Shown: piece by piece, positions 26,255 through 40,800 of the stretch | How positions within the stretch are numbered: the first letter of the stretch is position 1 | How the letters are laid out: the number at the start of each line of letters is the position of its first letter | Origin: Mizuhopecten yessoensis | Taxonomy: Eukaryota | Direction: 5' to 3' | Assembly (NCBI RefSeq): GCF_002113885.1 | Contig: NW_018408893.1 | Span: 1 to 64,000 of the forward strand | DNA length: 64,000 nucleotides | Notes under the pieces: generated by a model | Seen by the model: the letters and a program-made list of their open reading frames with translations, nothing else | The model's database searches: none | Told to the model about the DNA's origin: nothing | Made by a program: the position numbers and the translations under genes

Positions 26255-26382
26255 GTGGGGGAGTATCCGGAGAAAACCAACTTGCTCGGGCGGGTGACCA
26301 ACTATTTGTACATGTCCGATCGGAGAATCGAACCCCGGCCGCCTTGGTGAAAGACGAGTGCGTTATCCACTGCGCCACCCAA
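26255..26382 (-). mobile_element. tRNA-derived SINE fragment
   Basis: Minus strand GGTGGCGCAGTGGATAACGC (A box)...GGGTTCGATTCTCC (B box), followed by core ggttttctccggatactcc. A related core fragment lies at 587-633. Confidence 0.65.
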
Positions 26383-27339
26383 ACACCCAAAATATATATT
26401 AGGGTGGTAGGGTTGTTACATATTATATGTATAAATTATGATGACAATTGACATCCTGGTAGTGTTGTATGAATAATAATACAAGGGATTACATTGGACT
26501 AGGGGTGTAACACTTAATGATAGATCACAAATAATCAGTGATTATCTTGGACTAGGGGTATAAAACCTAATGATATACCACAAATTATCGGTGATAACTT
26601 ATGCTAGGGTTGTGCATGAGACTAAAGATAGATCCCAAGTAAAAAAAACCCCAGAGATGATAGATAATCGACCGGTAACTTATCTCTGTGGTGTACAAAC
26701 ATATGGTACCTAACGTACGATCGGAGGACAAATAACTGGCATTACTCAACAATCAGTCCGCAAATGCAGTTCGATGTGACTCATGACAAGGAAATGCATT
26801 TTTGACAAATCAAAGGCTAACAATTTTTGAGAAAGTGAAAAACAAAATAATCATAAAAACACAACTTACGTGAGGGTGGTGTCGAATGGTGTAAATAGGC
26901 GACAACACTGAGCTGGCTTACAGGTGATTACAGGCCACCACCGATTCGGAAGACGCACATCCTTTTGTTGATTTTTGTCTCAATTCAACACAACCTTTGA
27001 TAAAGTACAAGGGGTAACACTGAGGGAGACTTGAAAAGACGGACTAAAACAATCGTTGAACGCTCAACCAGCTGAATGGTAATTGAATAAAACAAATAAA
27101 TAACGTTATTGTTTTTGTTGTTTTCGTGATGTTCAATTTTGTAATGTTTGGAGAGAAAGTTTTCCCCCCAATAGCGACTCCTCATTCAACGAAACAAATA
27201 AGTCGTCTGATTGATGAGACGAAGTTTCTAATCAGCCCCCGCCGTGTTTCTCTGTCACAAGCCATCTACACAGGGAAATGTATGTACGGTAAATATCATC
27301 AATACCACACAAAACACATTGTTTTTATATATACAGTAT

Positions 27340-27900
27340 GTAAGATAGCAATGATAATCTAGATATAGACGATGACTCAACATATAACGTTCTTATATAA
27401 TGACATCTGTAATATATTAGATAACATTGATAATATTGATGTAGAAAGTGATTCAACACATTGGTTGTATATAGCGATATGTTAAATAGCAATTATAATC
27501 TAGATATAAGTAATGACTCGACACATAATCTTCTCATATAATAAAATCTGCAATATGTTAGATAGCAATGATAATATTGATATAGAAAGTGATTCAACAC
27601 ATTGGTTGTATATAGCTATATGTTAAATAGCAATTATAATCTAGATATAAGTAATGACACGACACAACGTTCTCATATAATAAAATCTGCAAGATATAGG
27701 TGATGACTCGACATTTACCGTTCTTGTATAATGAAATCTGCAATATATTAGATAGCAATGATGTAGATGGTGATTTGACACCCTTTAAAAAAAGCTAAAT
27801 CTAAAATATGTCATACAGTAGATAACAATAATGATCTAAAACACCTTTTATAAGCTTAATCTACAATATGATATAAGGCAATGATAATCTACATACAGGT
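27340..27900. repeat. Degenerate ~60/122-bp AT-rich tandem repeat
   Basis: Recurrent gatagcaatgataat / tgactcgacac / aatctgcaatat units. Confidence 0.75.
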
Positions 27901-28758
27901 AATGATTATACACATCGCTTTTACAAAGACAAATCTTCTACAAGATTATATGAAAATACGGATAAAAATAAGGATTCAACAATAAAACTTAATCCACAAA
28001 ATCTCACACAGCAATTAAAATCTAGTTACAGATCATGGTATCACAATGAGGATTAAGCTAAAAGGTGAATTTTAATAATTGGTTTCAATTTAAATTAACA
28101 ACGGCATTAATTAACAGCTATACATATCAAAGCACACTAAAACGCCCTTGTTTTTTTATCAGCTTCTGATTGGACAATTCGGGGGTACTGAACAATTACA
28201 AGTAACATGATTATGGAGGATGTGAAAATGAAAGTACAACTTGGGTCGTTCGGAACATTAATCATTGAAGACGTGTTAAAACTGATTCATTTAATTAAAC
28301 ACTATCTCAAATGTCATCTAGTTATAATATCAAGTACATAGCTAAAATAGAGAGACAGATATTATGATACACAAGTAGAACAAAAGAAATTCCCGATCCA
28401 TATTTCTTTCGTATTTAATACAATTATATGTCTACATTATGTAATAACTCCATTCGTAGAGGGGACTTGTTCGTGAGTGATAAATGTAAATTCAAACGTG
28501 ATACTTATTATAAACAGACGCTGGATAACTCCCATTAGTAAGCATTTTCAAAACTGGTTATAACACAATGTGAAATATATCTTTACAAAAAATCAAACAA
28601 TATGCATGTTTTAATTCATGAAACATGTAATCAGCTATTCGTCGCCCTGCGACTAATTTTTTTAAAATCAAAAGCAGCACAGAATGAACCTTGATATTAA
28701 TCAAATAACATACATATCGTCTGTCTCGTGTCTTCAGAACTACATAGATACTTGATGG

Positions 28759-29002
28759 GAAGTTCTTTGTACACAACCAATAACATTTTCTATGTGACGT
28801 TTCGATGACTAGTACGATATGTACACTGTCACCTTCATCAGACAAATGACAAATGAAGCGTATGGACCACTCGTACACATTTTACACCTTTGTGTGCATA
28901 CGCTTCATTTGTCATTTGTCTGATGAATGTGACAGTGTACATATCGTACTTGTCATCGAAACGTCACATAGAAAATTGTATTGGTTGTATAAAAAGAACT
29001 TC
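28759..29002. ncRNA. Inverted pair of minimal Penelope-type hammerhead ribozyme motifs
   Basis: ~106-bp arms (28759-28864, 28897-29002). Each carries CTGATGA-A-stem II-GAAA-CGTC: plus strand 28920-28965, minus strand 28841-28796. Confidence 0.7.
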
Positions 29003-31089
29003 TCAGAATCCATGCTTACCAACCTGAAGAAAATGTTAAGGAATACATAGATACTTATGTTACATTATCAAAGTAACAGTTAACTCATAACGAACACGGG
29101 GTAATATAAGAGACGTATACATACTACAGTATATGTATAAGGCTTTATACTTCTGGTATCATAGAGAGTAGAATTTACATCGTGATCATTGAATGTATTT
29201 GTAAAACGAAATGAGGTTTTTGCCGAGGTAATAAAATCGCTTAAATAATTACTGTTTTATGACCTTACAGATCAAATATACAATCTTGTTATTATATATA
29301 TATTAGCAAAAGGGAGACGGTAACTTGATCAACTTACAAGGTGACAAGACAGAAGGAGAAAAAACATCGCAACATAGATACCATGCCAGTAGACGGGACC
29401 AGTGTGGCTAAATGCAGTCGTTATCATTTCGACAGGTAGAGTCAGGAACATTGTGACAGATACAGCTGGAAACATTAAGTCTAACATAGAAAACAACATT
29501 ATGACAAAGGGACACGGAAGGATTACATTACTGTAAGTGGGCGAACTCAATGCCAAATTTTAATGCGGATAGTTTCATTGGGGGCCACTTCGAATCTGAA
29601 CAAAGTTGTTTTAAATAAATAGAAATAAAAAATGTGCCAGAAAAAGTGTCTTCCTATACGTAAACAATATTCAGATAACACTGGTATAGAGGAGTCAAAT
29701 GACGCCAAGGTACAGTTGACATGTAAATGACATTTAAAAAGAGTGTATTGTGTATGTTAAGTTATGTACGTAAAACTAGTAAACCATCATTCTACCAAAT
29801 ATATTTTTATCATTCGCTTTTATTTAACCAACTTTCAAACAACTGTGTATTGTGCAAAATGTATTTAAAATTTACATTGGAGATTTTCATTTTCTCGTTG
29901 TTTTCCTTCCTACCTATAAAACAGTGAGCCTGTTGTCAATATTAGTGTGAATGGTTGGAGTGTTTTTCCACCGTACCCAGGTTAGGGCATTTCAGCGAGA
30001 TTGTACTATGAAGTAGCCCTTGACAGGCCCTTTCATCTGTGGATAAGTGTTCACATGATCACCAGGGCTTTCGTTAAAGTATCTTTTTGACTATCCAATG
30101 TTCGCTTTGACTCTTGGAATTGAAAGTACATATCTTACCTGGTTTTACTCCAAATTTAAGGAGAGAATAGCTTTTGACTTCTGATATTGCTAACTGCCAA
30201 GAGACAACTGAAAGCCCTGGTATGACCTATGCAAAACCCTTGATTAATAAACAATTCGTTACTACAAATGACCGTCATAATGACACTTGTTCATTCAACA
30301 ACTTGCTCCGTAGTCTCTCTGGATATGGGGTAAGAGGATCGAGGTCAACAGTTGTGATCAGCTGCAATGTTCTTTGCTTCGACGGTTGCCTTTCTTTGCC
30401 TTTGTTTTGAGATTTGTTTCTCTCTCGAAATAACCGTGTTTACAGATTTTGATCTCCCGAAATAACCGTGTGTTTAGAGGATTTTTTTCCCTCAATTTAT
30501 TTCATACTTAATATCCTTGCTCACCCGTTTCCGACATAGTCCTTGTGGTTTGGTCTCTTTCTCGTGTAGGTGTCCATTTCTTCAAACATATATCTCTCAT
30601 TTTCTGAAGGTTGGTCATCTCTGAGTTTCAATTATTAAGTTAGCGGCATCACAGAAACGTTGTTTATGCGTTACTAACTGTAAATATTTGGGTAACATAA
30701 GACATGTTCATAAGCAGGTATGAAGAAATCTGGAGGAACCCGACAACGAAAAGGAGATCGCAGTGTCCGAAAAAAATATTGGAACTTTGATAACTGCATC
30801 ATCACCAATAAATGTGATTTTCATCGGGAGACATCAGAACTGCTGGCTCAAAGGAGGTTTACAGACAGGACGGCATTATCAACGATTTTCCAATAAACTG
30901 AAATAGGCGAAACTCTGATTTTTGATATAGGGGTAGATATCATCCAGATAAATGCATATTACATCATGCCACATGTCTACACCAGAGAGGCAAATGTGGT
31001 TAGGTCATACTTAAAATAGTCAAAGATAAGGAAAAACCATATAGAAAATAGTTATGACATTGTTGTTTCAAAGATGTTGTGGAGAGACG

Positions 31090-31500
31090 TTTGTTACACC
31101 AGAGGAAAGCTGACAATACTTTGAGAAATAATACACTGGCGACACCAGAGGTAAGCTGACAATACTTGGAGAAATAATACACTGGCGACACCAGAGGTAA
31201 GCTGACAATATTTCGAGACAATTCACTGGCTACACCAGTAGAAAGTTGGCAATGCTTGGAGAGATAATGCACTGGCTACACCAGAAGAAAGCTGACAATA
31301 CTTTGAGAGATAGTACCAATGCTTAGTGAGATAATTCAATGACTTCACCAGTAGAAAGTTGACAATGCTTGGAAAGATAATACACTGGCTACGACAATAC
31401 TTGGAGAGATGCTCTCTTCACCAGAAGAGAAAGGGACAATACTAGGAGAGATGCCAAATACACAAGAAGAAAGCTGACAATACTTCGGAGACAAGTGCAT
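31090..31500. repeat. Degenerate ~45-bp tandem repeat
   Basis: Unit approx acaccagaggtaagctgacaatacttggagaaataatacactggcg. Confidence 0.8.
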
Positions 31501-31632
31501 TGTTTGGACAAATCCAGGTCTTGCCAAACTGAACACACCAAAACACTCTGCAATGTGAACTAGTGGATGAAGGCATAATATAAAGCCATTTGATGATGCC
31601 TAAATAATGTCACAAGCATGTGCAATAAACAT

Positions 31633-32664
31633 AACAAGAGGCCCAAGGGCCTTAGCGGTCACCTGAGTTATATCATAGGTACTGGTAGCTTTATTTTATT
31701 GTTTAGATGTGATGTGGAAATCAGCATGTAAACTAAGTGAAATACAATACTTGTCATGTCATCAAAGGATAAGAATTTGAAAATATTGGTAAATGTTCCC
31801 TTTGGGGCCCCGCCCTACCCCTTGGGGATGGGTCAGGAATCCTAATTTACAAAAGTAATACTCTCATTCACCAAATATGATTCTGACTAAGTTTGAGTAA
31901 TTTTCTGCTGAAAATGGATGAAATATATACCCAAAAGTGTTATTTCCCTATATAAACTGTAGTAAACTTTACCCCCTCCCCAAGGGAAAACGGATAGCTA
32001 GGGGGTCCTGAAATTGACGATTTAAATAAAGCCCCTGATGATTTTCTTTCCATGCAGAGAAAATGAATGTAGTACCTCTGAGTCTGGAGGAGAAAAATTT
32101 GGAAATATTGGTTAATTTTCCCATTGGGGCCCCACCCTGGCCCCAAGGGTTGGGGGAGGAATCTCAATTTTACAATTTGAAACCATCTTCCTCCAAGGAT
32201 AATTCTCACTAAGTAAAAATAATTTCCTACAGAAAGTTGTCAAAATATACCCAAAAGTGTTATTTCCCTATATAAACTATAGTAAACTTTACCCCCTCCC
32301 CAAGGGAGGAACGAATAGCTGGGAGGTCCTGAAATTTACAATTTAAGTAAAGCCTCTGATGATCTTTCTTTCCATGCAGAGAAAATGACTGTAGTACCCC
32401 TGAGTCTGAAGAAGAAGATTTTTGAAATATTGGTTAATTTTCCCTTTGGGGCCCCGCCCTGGCCCAAGGGGTTGGGGTAGGAATCCCAATTTTACAATTT
32501 TGTAGCCTCGTCTACCAAGGATGATTCTGACCAAGTTTGAAAAAAATCCATCCACTGGTTCATGAGAAGAAGTTGAATATGTAAAAAGTTTACGCACGAC
32601 GGACGATGAAGGACGGAAAGCGATTAGAACAGGTCACTTGAGCAAAGCTCAGGTGACCTAAAAA
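31633..32664 (-). mobile_element. Complete non-autonomous Helentron-associated (HINE) element
   Basis: Minus 5' TTTTTAGGTCACCTGAGC-TTT-GCTCAAGTGACC inverted repeat, (cgtc)n tract, ~320-bp internal tandem units, 3' CTCAGGTGACC plus palindrome AGGCCCTTGGGCCT-CTTGTT. Confidence 0.8.
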
Positions 32665-33918
32665 TGCTTATCGATATCTGTATATGTTAAACTATGAGAA
32701 ATCAATGGACCAAAGAAATATGTTGTTCACTGCGCGGTCAATGTAACAATGGAAAACAAATTATTTTTCTTGATACGCATATCTATTTTAATCAAAAACG
32801 TATTCAGCAACATACATTTATCCTACATTTTTTATATAGTGTTACTTGAATTGCAATACAACTTCATTTATGACTGGTGATAATACTGTTGGTAATGCGA
32901 GTACCTGGTTTAGTGGTTATATGAGGGCTGTAGGTGCTAGATGTAGGTGCACTCTACTATAAGTTTTCAACTCCATTTTCAATTTGTTAAAATTCCATCC
33001 CTAAGTTGCATATTTAGTCATATACTCATCACTATATCGATAAAAAGGCTTCAAATTTTCCTCTCCGATATATGAAACTGGTCTTTTTCATATCAATATT
33101 TTGCAAAAATAGCCAAAAAAAAGATCATTGAACAGCTAAAACTGAAAGGCTTTTGCCCATTTCCTTTCATACCACGGAAGCTGGTTTAAAGTGATTTATT
33201 CGCCCCAGGAAATTAGTTAGATCCCATCTACTTGAGTCGCATACTTTCAAATTCATTTTTGACCTAGGGATACTTTGCACAAAAAATAGCCAAAATCTGC
33301 TTCTGGTTAAATACCTATGCTTTTGCTTTGCCCCCAGAATGGACATAGCAGTCATTTATACAAAATAATCAAGTCACATGGGCTTGTTGATGTTTAATAC
33401 AACATTCAGTCACAATCCTTTCTGTGGTTCTGGACTACTAGTATCAAGATGTACAGATGACGTACAGCATCACAGCAAGTCGTTTCATAATGTCAATATG
33501 TGCTTTTCCTTATAGTATGAAAAAGAACCTATCCTGATAAGGACAATATCCGTTTTTCAAACTGTCGGGTAAGAAAATTATCATTATTAAAACAGAAATC
33601 GAAGACATGTCACATTGTAACATTTTATTTGTAATTTGTTTTCATTAAATACTGCATAATGGTTATCATGCATACAAGAAGTGAATTCCAGGGCTACCTG
33701 GTATAGGCCTAGTTCTTGCCAGCACTTTCCATTTTGTTTTTAAATTTTCCTCATTTAAATCTTCAGTATTTGAGAGAACACTTGTGCATGACCAGTAGAT
33801 ACAACAGCCTTTGATATTATAACCTTATTAAGTATAAGTAATTCAGATCATTTTGTGTGTTTGGTGGGGGTCATAGTTCAATGACAAAATGGTAATTCTC
33901 ACTACAGAGTATTCCACA

Positions 33919-34007
33919 TTAACTCATTCACCTCTAAAATGTCATTATGAATTAATCCAACCTTTGAATTGGAAGAGTTCAAATGTGTTTTCAGGGGTGA
34001 ATGCATT
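33919..34007. mobile_element. ~90-bp MITE-like element
   Basis: Imperfect TIRs taactcattcacc/ggtgaatgcatta; second copy in opposite orientation at 57223-57313. Confidence 0.6.
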
Positions 34008-34840
34008 ACTACTGCATGATTATATAATTGTGTGCAAATATATAATGTAAACCCTAATACAACAACGTATGTAACCTAGACCGTATGCTAGTCATTAGTA
34101 TAACGATGACAGTTTAGAAGGGTTATTCAATCAATCATTATTATAATAATACCATGCAAAGTCAAGAGCATTTGCTTAATAGTTTTCACAATTTTCATAA
34201 CAGGGACAAAGCCTACATAACAAATAGAAAACAGTCAGTTGTTATGCCTTAAACATGTTTCCGTTTTCTCTCTCTGTTCACAAAGTAGGAAGTAAAAAGT
34301 GATATGAAACGCAGGAGGAGACCAGTCATATTCTGAGGCTTCCAACTCTGTATGCAATTGAAAATTTTAATGTTTCTTATATGAAAAATGTCTATCCTTG
34401 ACTATATATATAGAGCAATGGTTTAGTTACAGAACCATTATTGTCATAAAAAAATTGTGCCGAGTTCATACATTTAAAACATCAGTTTCATTCTTTCCTC
34501 AACACAATCACTTACACCAATTTACTACGAACTCTTCATGTAAAATACCCCATAGTTTATTGACTTGATTATTGCCTTTTTTGTGAACTTCACACATAAA
34601 GTTATATGATAAGTGCAATATTTGATAATCTCAAGTTCACCTCATCTGCCAGTAGACCTGTCTGTATTGATCATAGCAGCCAAGATTTTTTGTATATACA
34701 AACAACACATCAGACTTGTGTTAAACACAGCATCAATGGTCTGTTTTATACACAAACAACACATCGGCCTGTTGTACTGGACACACCTGCGAAGACCTTT
34801 ATACTGGTACCAAGTCACTAAGTCCTACTGCCTCTAGTCA

Positions 34841-37800
34841 TCAGCTGCACACTTCCACCATGACAGACTCTGTCTTGTTTGACGTCTCCTCCCGACAGGT
34901 CACATGGAGGGAACCCTCCCTAAAATACACAGAAGTTAAACCATAGAAATTCACCTCCTTGTACATTTTGTCACTACACTGTTATATAACATTCCTAGGT
35001 TTTGCCACTTCGGCCTTGCACCAATGACCCACTGGCCCTGCAGGTCTGGTTTTATTCAGTCTGATGTCCTACCAACAGCGAAGTCATTTAAGGAGTGCTA
35101 GTGATTGTAGATGATCCGATGGGTTAACCACTCGGCCACCACAGCCCACTGTTCCTTGCCAAATCAAGATTCATCCATGCAAGTTTTTGACTAATACAAT
35201 GTATCAAACATTTAACTCATAATCTTCACAATGACTCTCTTCTTACTATGCACGTTAAATAGTTTACGAAAAAAATACAATTAGAGTCACGTTACTCATG
35301 ATCAACACATAAAAAGAAATCCCAATTTTTACTGTACATGACAGGAGTTAACTTCATCTAAGTAAAACCAATAATCCTTATCTACAATACAAATGTAGAA
35401 ACAATTTTTACAGACTTTGTTTTAATGCTTCAACAAGAAAAATATAGTCGTTTTTCCTGATAACAAAAATTGACTCACCTTCTTAGATGGAAGGTTACTA
35501 ATACTTTAGCTGCTTCTGGTAAGTCTCTCATCACAAGCTGTAGAGAAAAGGAACACATATATTTATTCATATAGCATCTATGATGGTATGGTGGCCTTTT
35601 TATCCAGATTTGCCAGGATTTGAACTTGAAGCTGGCACAACTAGGCATTAAGGAGATAAGGTATACTGTGTTTCTTGCCATGCATAATCCCCATTGTTAG
35701 AAGTTGTGCATGTTACAATTTGTAGTTTGAGAAATAGCGATGACAACAATTATTTCCAAACTGACTGACAGATGGATGGAAGCCTGACCACAGACGAAAA
35801 GCTTTTCGAACAACCCACTATCTGATAATATGGCTAAATAAGGAAACAGAGACCTTGAAATATGTTGGCAGTATGCAATATCTCCAATGAAATATGGGCG
35901 ATCTTATTAAGGTTTTGCTTTACAAAAATCCAAAAGTTAGCATGATATGCTAAAATCTTTAAATAATATGCAATATTTGACAGTTTCACTTCAGTGATTG
36001 CCTGCTTAACAAATCATGTGTAAATTTGTGTAAATCCAGATTTTGGATATATGTAACTGTTCACACATAAAACTTTCTAAACAGGAGCCTAGAACAAACT
36101 AAACCGTGGACTTCATCTGTCCTTACTGACCTTAGCAAGGTCATCTGCAGTGTCCGGCTGTTGAAGGTCACCACACTCACACAGATCCATCTGGAGGGAG
36201 GTCTGATGTTCCCCCAAAATCACAGTCTCATGTTTACGGGATGGCAGTGGTGTCAGGGATGGGAACACAGGCTGCAGGTTTGTCGCCCCATTGCTACATG
36301 ACTAAATAAATGCACAAATTCCATATCAATTTGGTTGAAATAGAGTTGTGTAAGTAAATATTATTAATACACTTCTGTAACATCTAATACCATTTGATCT
36401 TTAAAACTAAAACATTTTTGTCTCTTTTTGTTTAAAATATCCAATATGTTCAAGTCTACTTATGTTTTGTACACAATTTAAATGAAAAAAACTACATGGC
36501 AAGAAAAGATATAGAAACTTACCCGTAAACACACTGCTTTAGACAAGCATTCTATTTCATTGTTTTCTGTGTTCTCTTTTACCTCTGTGGCATCACAGCC
36601 TGTTAGTATACCAGCCTACAAACAATACAGGAAAATACTCTATATCGGAAAATGTTCCACACATTAATTTTCGTCCTTTTCACACCTTTGTCAATACTTA
36701 AACTTTTACCCTTTTCACACCTTTGTAACGAGGGCGACTTTGTCTTTGGTTTGTTTGTGTTTTATGTCCTATTAATAGCTATGTTTATTTAAGGAGGTTT
36801 TGGTGGTGGAAGAAAGCCGGAGTTCCCAGAGAAAAACCACCGACCTGGAGACAGTACTTGGTGACTGCCCGAAGTAGGCCTCGAATCCGCGACCCAGTGG
36901 TGGATGGCTAGTGGAAGCAGAATGTCAGACGCCTTAACCACTTGGCCACCGACTTTGTCATGACAGCAAATGTTAGTAAAGAGTTTAGCATACACAGTAA
37001 TCATTTCAATTTAAAGAGCAGTATCAATGCCTAGAGAATATATACATTTTTGTATATTCAGATATGCAGTTATTAAAAATTTATAAAATTTACTAAAAAA
37101 TACTTTCAAAACAAATTATGATATAAAACAAAGTCAATAATTATCATATCATAATCAGTTGTACAGCCCCCAAACATGCATACCAATTATACAAAATACA
37201 ACTACATGCATAAACAAAAGCATATTACGGGTGAATGATTTCTAATTACCCAGGTTGATGTTTGACTCTATCGTATTGTGAAATGAAATTCAAACTTTAT
37301 ATAAGTTCCCTATTAATGATTAATGTTTCACATCTGAAGGAAACAGTAGCCTGAAAAAACACTTTCTTGTGCCAGCAAAAATGGTTGTCTTCTTCACTTG
37401 GTAAAATAGTTTGTATAAATGTAAATATTTAATGATGACTTAATAAAAGATTTTATCAACTATGGTAGATGTCATTGCAAAATGAGAAAACTAGCCCAAA
37501 CTTCATATGCAATCCTCTCCCATATATAGTATCAGGCCTTTAGCTAAAAAACAATATAGATAAACCACAACAGGATGAGACAGACTGATCATCCCCTGTT
37601 TCAACACCATGATTTATTTTCTGTCCTGTGGGTACATTAAATGTCTGTAATCTTAAGTGACTCGATTGCCCTACCTGTTTTGCTGCGCCGATCGCTATAA
37701 TTTCGTCTGGGGGAATGGAGCTTAGAACTTCAGCAGATTTGATATAGCCTTTAATGGTTTTCTGAACCAGAGGCATTTTTGCCCCACCGCCACAAACTAT

Positions 37801-40800
37801 CACCTATTGAAAGAGATAAATGTCTTATTTATTTTTCATCATAACATTGAGAAATAATTGATGGAAGGGAAATAACTCTTCTCATGTTTAAAAAAAAAGT
37901 TAATATGATTTCTTTCCTTGAAGAATACATTGACAATATGGATATGTTTGAATTGAAATTGAATTAACAAAACAAGTTATATAGATAAAATATTGAAAAC
38001 ATATTCTCAGACAAATCTGATTAATTTATATGTAACATGTATTATTTCAATATGTTTAAAGGAGCTTGCCTTGTCTACTTGGTCAGTGGATATACCGGCA
38101 TCACTACAGGCTGCATCTATAAGGCTGGTACACTGCTGCATCAGGAATCCTACCTGGTTCTCTAACCTCGCCCTAAATACACAGGTGATACTTCAAAATG
38201 ACACATTTAATTGAGGTACAAAATAAGATGTTTTCTGTATAGACACATCTGTATTAAACTAAAATCACTTTGTATAAATCATGGTAGCATGTGTCCCTCA
38301 CACACTCCTGTTTGTAGTTTCACTTTGTTAAGTTGGACACCAATCATGTCAGGTGTAATTACCTCTCCAATGACCATGTTTGGCCAAGGGAGACCTTAGA
38401 GCACCTTGTTCCTTTAGCATGTTTGTCTAGATCAGCTGACCACATAATTGGTCACTGGTCACTCCACCATCTGATCATCCTCCGATGTCAGACGCATGCA
38501 TAACTCATGAATGTCAAAACAAGATTTGCTGTATTTAATAACACTACTTCTTAACAGTGATACTCAACAATGCTAAGTATAATGTATACAATTTCATATT
38601 TCAATTAGGGGAACATTGTGCCAGCAGTTCTGAAATTAAAAGGATTTGCTTTAATTGGATTCGGGAAAAGCAGACTACACACTGCAGTGTTTTTTCCTAC
38701 CTAAATACAACAGTCTGCATTTTACTACGTGAATTAGGAAAATATAGTACTTTTTTTTTTTTTTTTTTTTTTTTTATTAAAATGGCACTTTTTTTGCTAG
38801 GATAAGTTGCATGTATGTAAACTTAGGCAAAAAAAACCCCAAAACTCCATGACAATACATGGAAATTGGCTGCAGTCAAATATAAATTCATATTAACAGT
38901 GTTTATCAAGTAAGAGGAGTTTAAAGAACATTTGCTGTACTTGACAGTTTGTTTGGTGGTCATACTTCTCCTCTGACAAAACTTCTCACGAGTGTCATAC
39001 AGAAGCAGTTTAATATGTGACAGTTTCTGTACTTGACAGTGTTTGGTGGTCATACTTCTCCTCTGACAAAACTTCTCACGAGTGTCATACAGAAGCAGTT
39101 TAATATGTCACAGTTTCTGTACTTGACAGTGTTTGGTGGTCATACTTCTCCTCTGACAAAACTTGGCCAGGAAGACCTTAAAACACCAATTTAATGTAGC
39201 ATGCTTGTGTCCAGATCAGCTGACCACAAATGGACAGTCAGTGACCCCTCCTTTGTCTGGTCATCAGGGTCTGGTGTTTTCCAAGCATGCGTAAGTCTGT
39301 CTGTTATTTTATGACTGAAATTTTGCATTTTTAAAAGTTATTAAATAAAATGTATTTTATCTAACTCTTGTAAATCTGTTTGGTACTACATGACTGGCAT
39401 TTTGCACAAAATGTTAAGAAATGAAATTTATTTAATTTTACCTAAATCCATACACTGTAGCTTACCTACATGATAAACACATTGTGCAGGCCTTAAACAT
39501 TACAATGGAGCTATCGATACCCAACAGTCTATCTGATAAACTAACTTGCTATTTTTTTTGGCATGTAGCTGATTTTTCAGCATCTATTTGTCAAGTCTTA
39601 CTATTTCGGAAAGAAACTCCCCATGTTTAATCATCTGCCACTTTTAAATTTTCAAACCAACAGAATTGCCTACAACTTGCATTATGTTATTGTATAATCG
39701 TTTCATTAAATAGAAAAAAACTTACACTACAGCACTTTATGGCACTGATATATCCCCCAAAAAGGGTTGTTGTAAGAACTTTTTACATGTTTACAGATTT
39801 TTCCTGTAAAAAACAAATTGACAGGTTGGCAAGTATGCCTCAGAAGGTAAGAAATTTCTTATATAAAACAGATTGACAAAACTTGTTTCAGAGCACATCA
39901 GGTAAATTGATAAATTTCTAGATCAAACAGGTCATTTTAAGCCATTAATATGTCTTTCACATCACAACCATATAGAGTGAGTGCTAACATCACTGAATAG
40001 TTGGCTTTAAAGTGCCAAATACATATGTTAAAATATTAAATAGAATTTTCCATTTTAAATGGCTGACTGTATTAATTGTTGCGAATGGGGATTGTGCATA
40101 TTAATTTGATATCTTCAAATTTATTTCAAAATCAAAGATTTTGTTATACATTACAGTCCCACAGCTGTAGTGAAAGGTTCTATAAATTAGCTTGTACACT
40201 TGATGTGATCACAGGGGTACTCGATTCTCACGAGTGTCATACAGAAGCAGTTTAATATGTGACAGTTTCTGTACTTGAATGTTTGTTTGGTGGTCATACT
40301 TCTCCTCTGGCAAAACTTGGCCAGGAAGACCTTAAAACACCAATTTAATGTAGCATGCTTGTGTCCAGATCAGCTGACCACAAATGGACAGTCAGTGACC
40401 ACTCCTTGGTCTGGCAACATGGGTCTGGTGTTTTCCAAGCATGCGCAAGTCTGTCTGTTACTTTGTGACTGAAATTTCACATTTAAGTTATCAAATAAAA
40501 TGTATTTTATCTAACTCTTGTAAGTCTTATCTAGTACTACATGACTGGCATTTTGCACAAAATGTTAAGAAATAAAATTTATTTAATTTTACCTAAATCC
40601 ATACATTGTAGCCTACCTACATGATAAACACACTGTGCAGGCCTTAAACATTACAATGGAGCTATCGATACCCAACAGTCTACCTGATAACTAACTTGCT
40701 ATTTTTTTTGGCATGTAGCTGATTTTTCAGCATCTATTTGTCAAGTCTTACTATTTCGGAAAGAAACTCCCAATGTTTTATCGTCACTTTTAAATTTTCA

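Noticed and set aside
29385-29537. Open frame with GPVWL and a GTAAGT donor, suggestive of an SRCR exon
   Set aside because: Lacks the SRCR cysteines and a clear acceptor.
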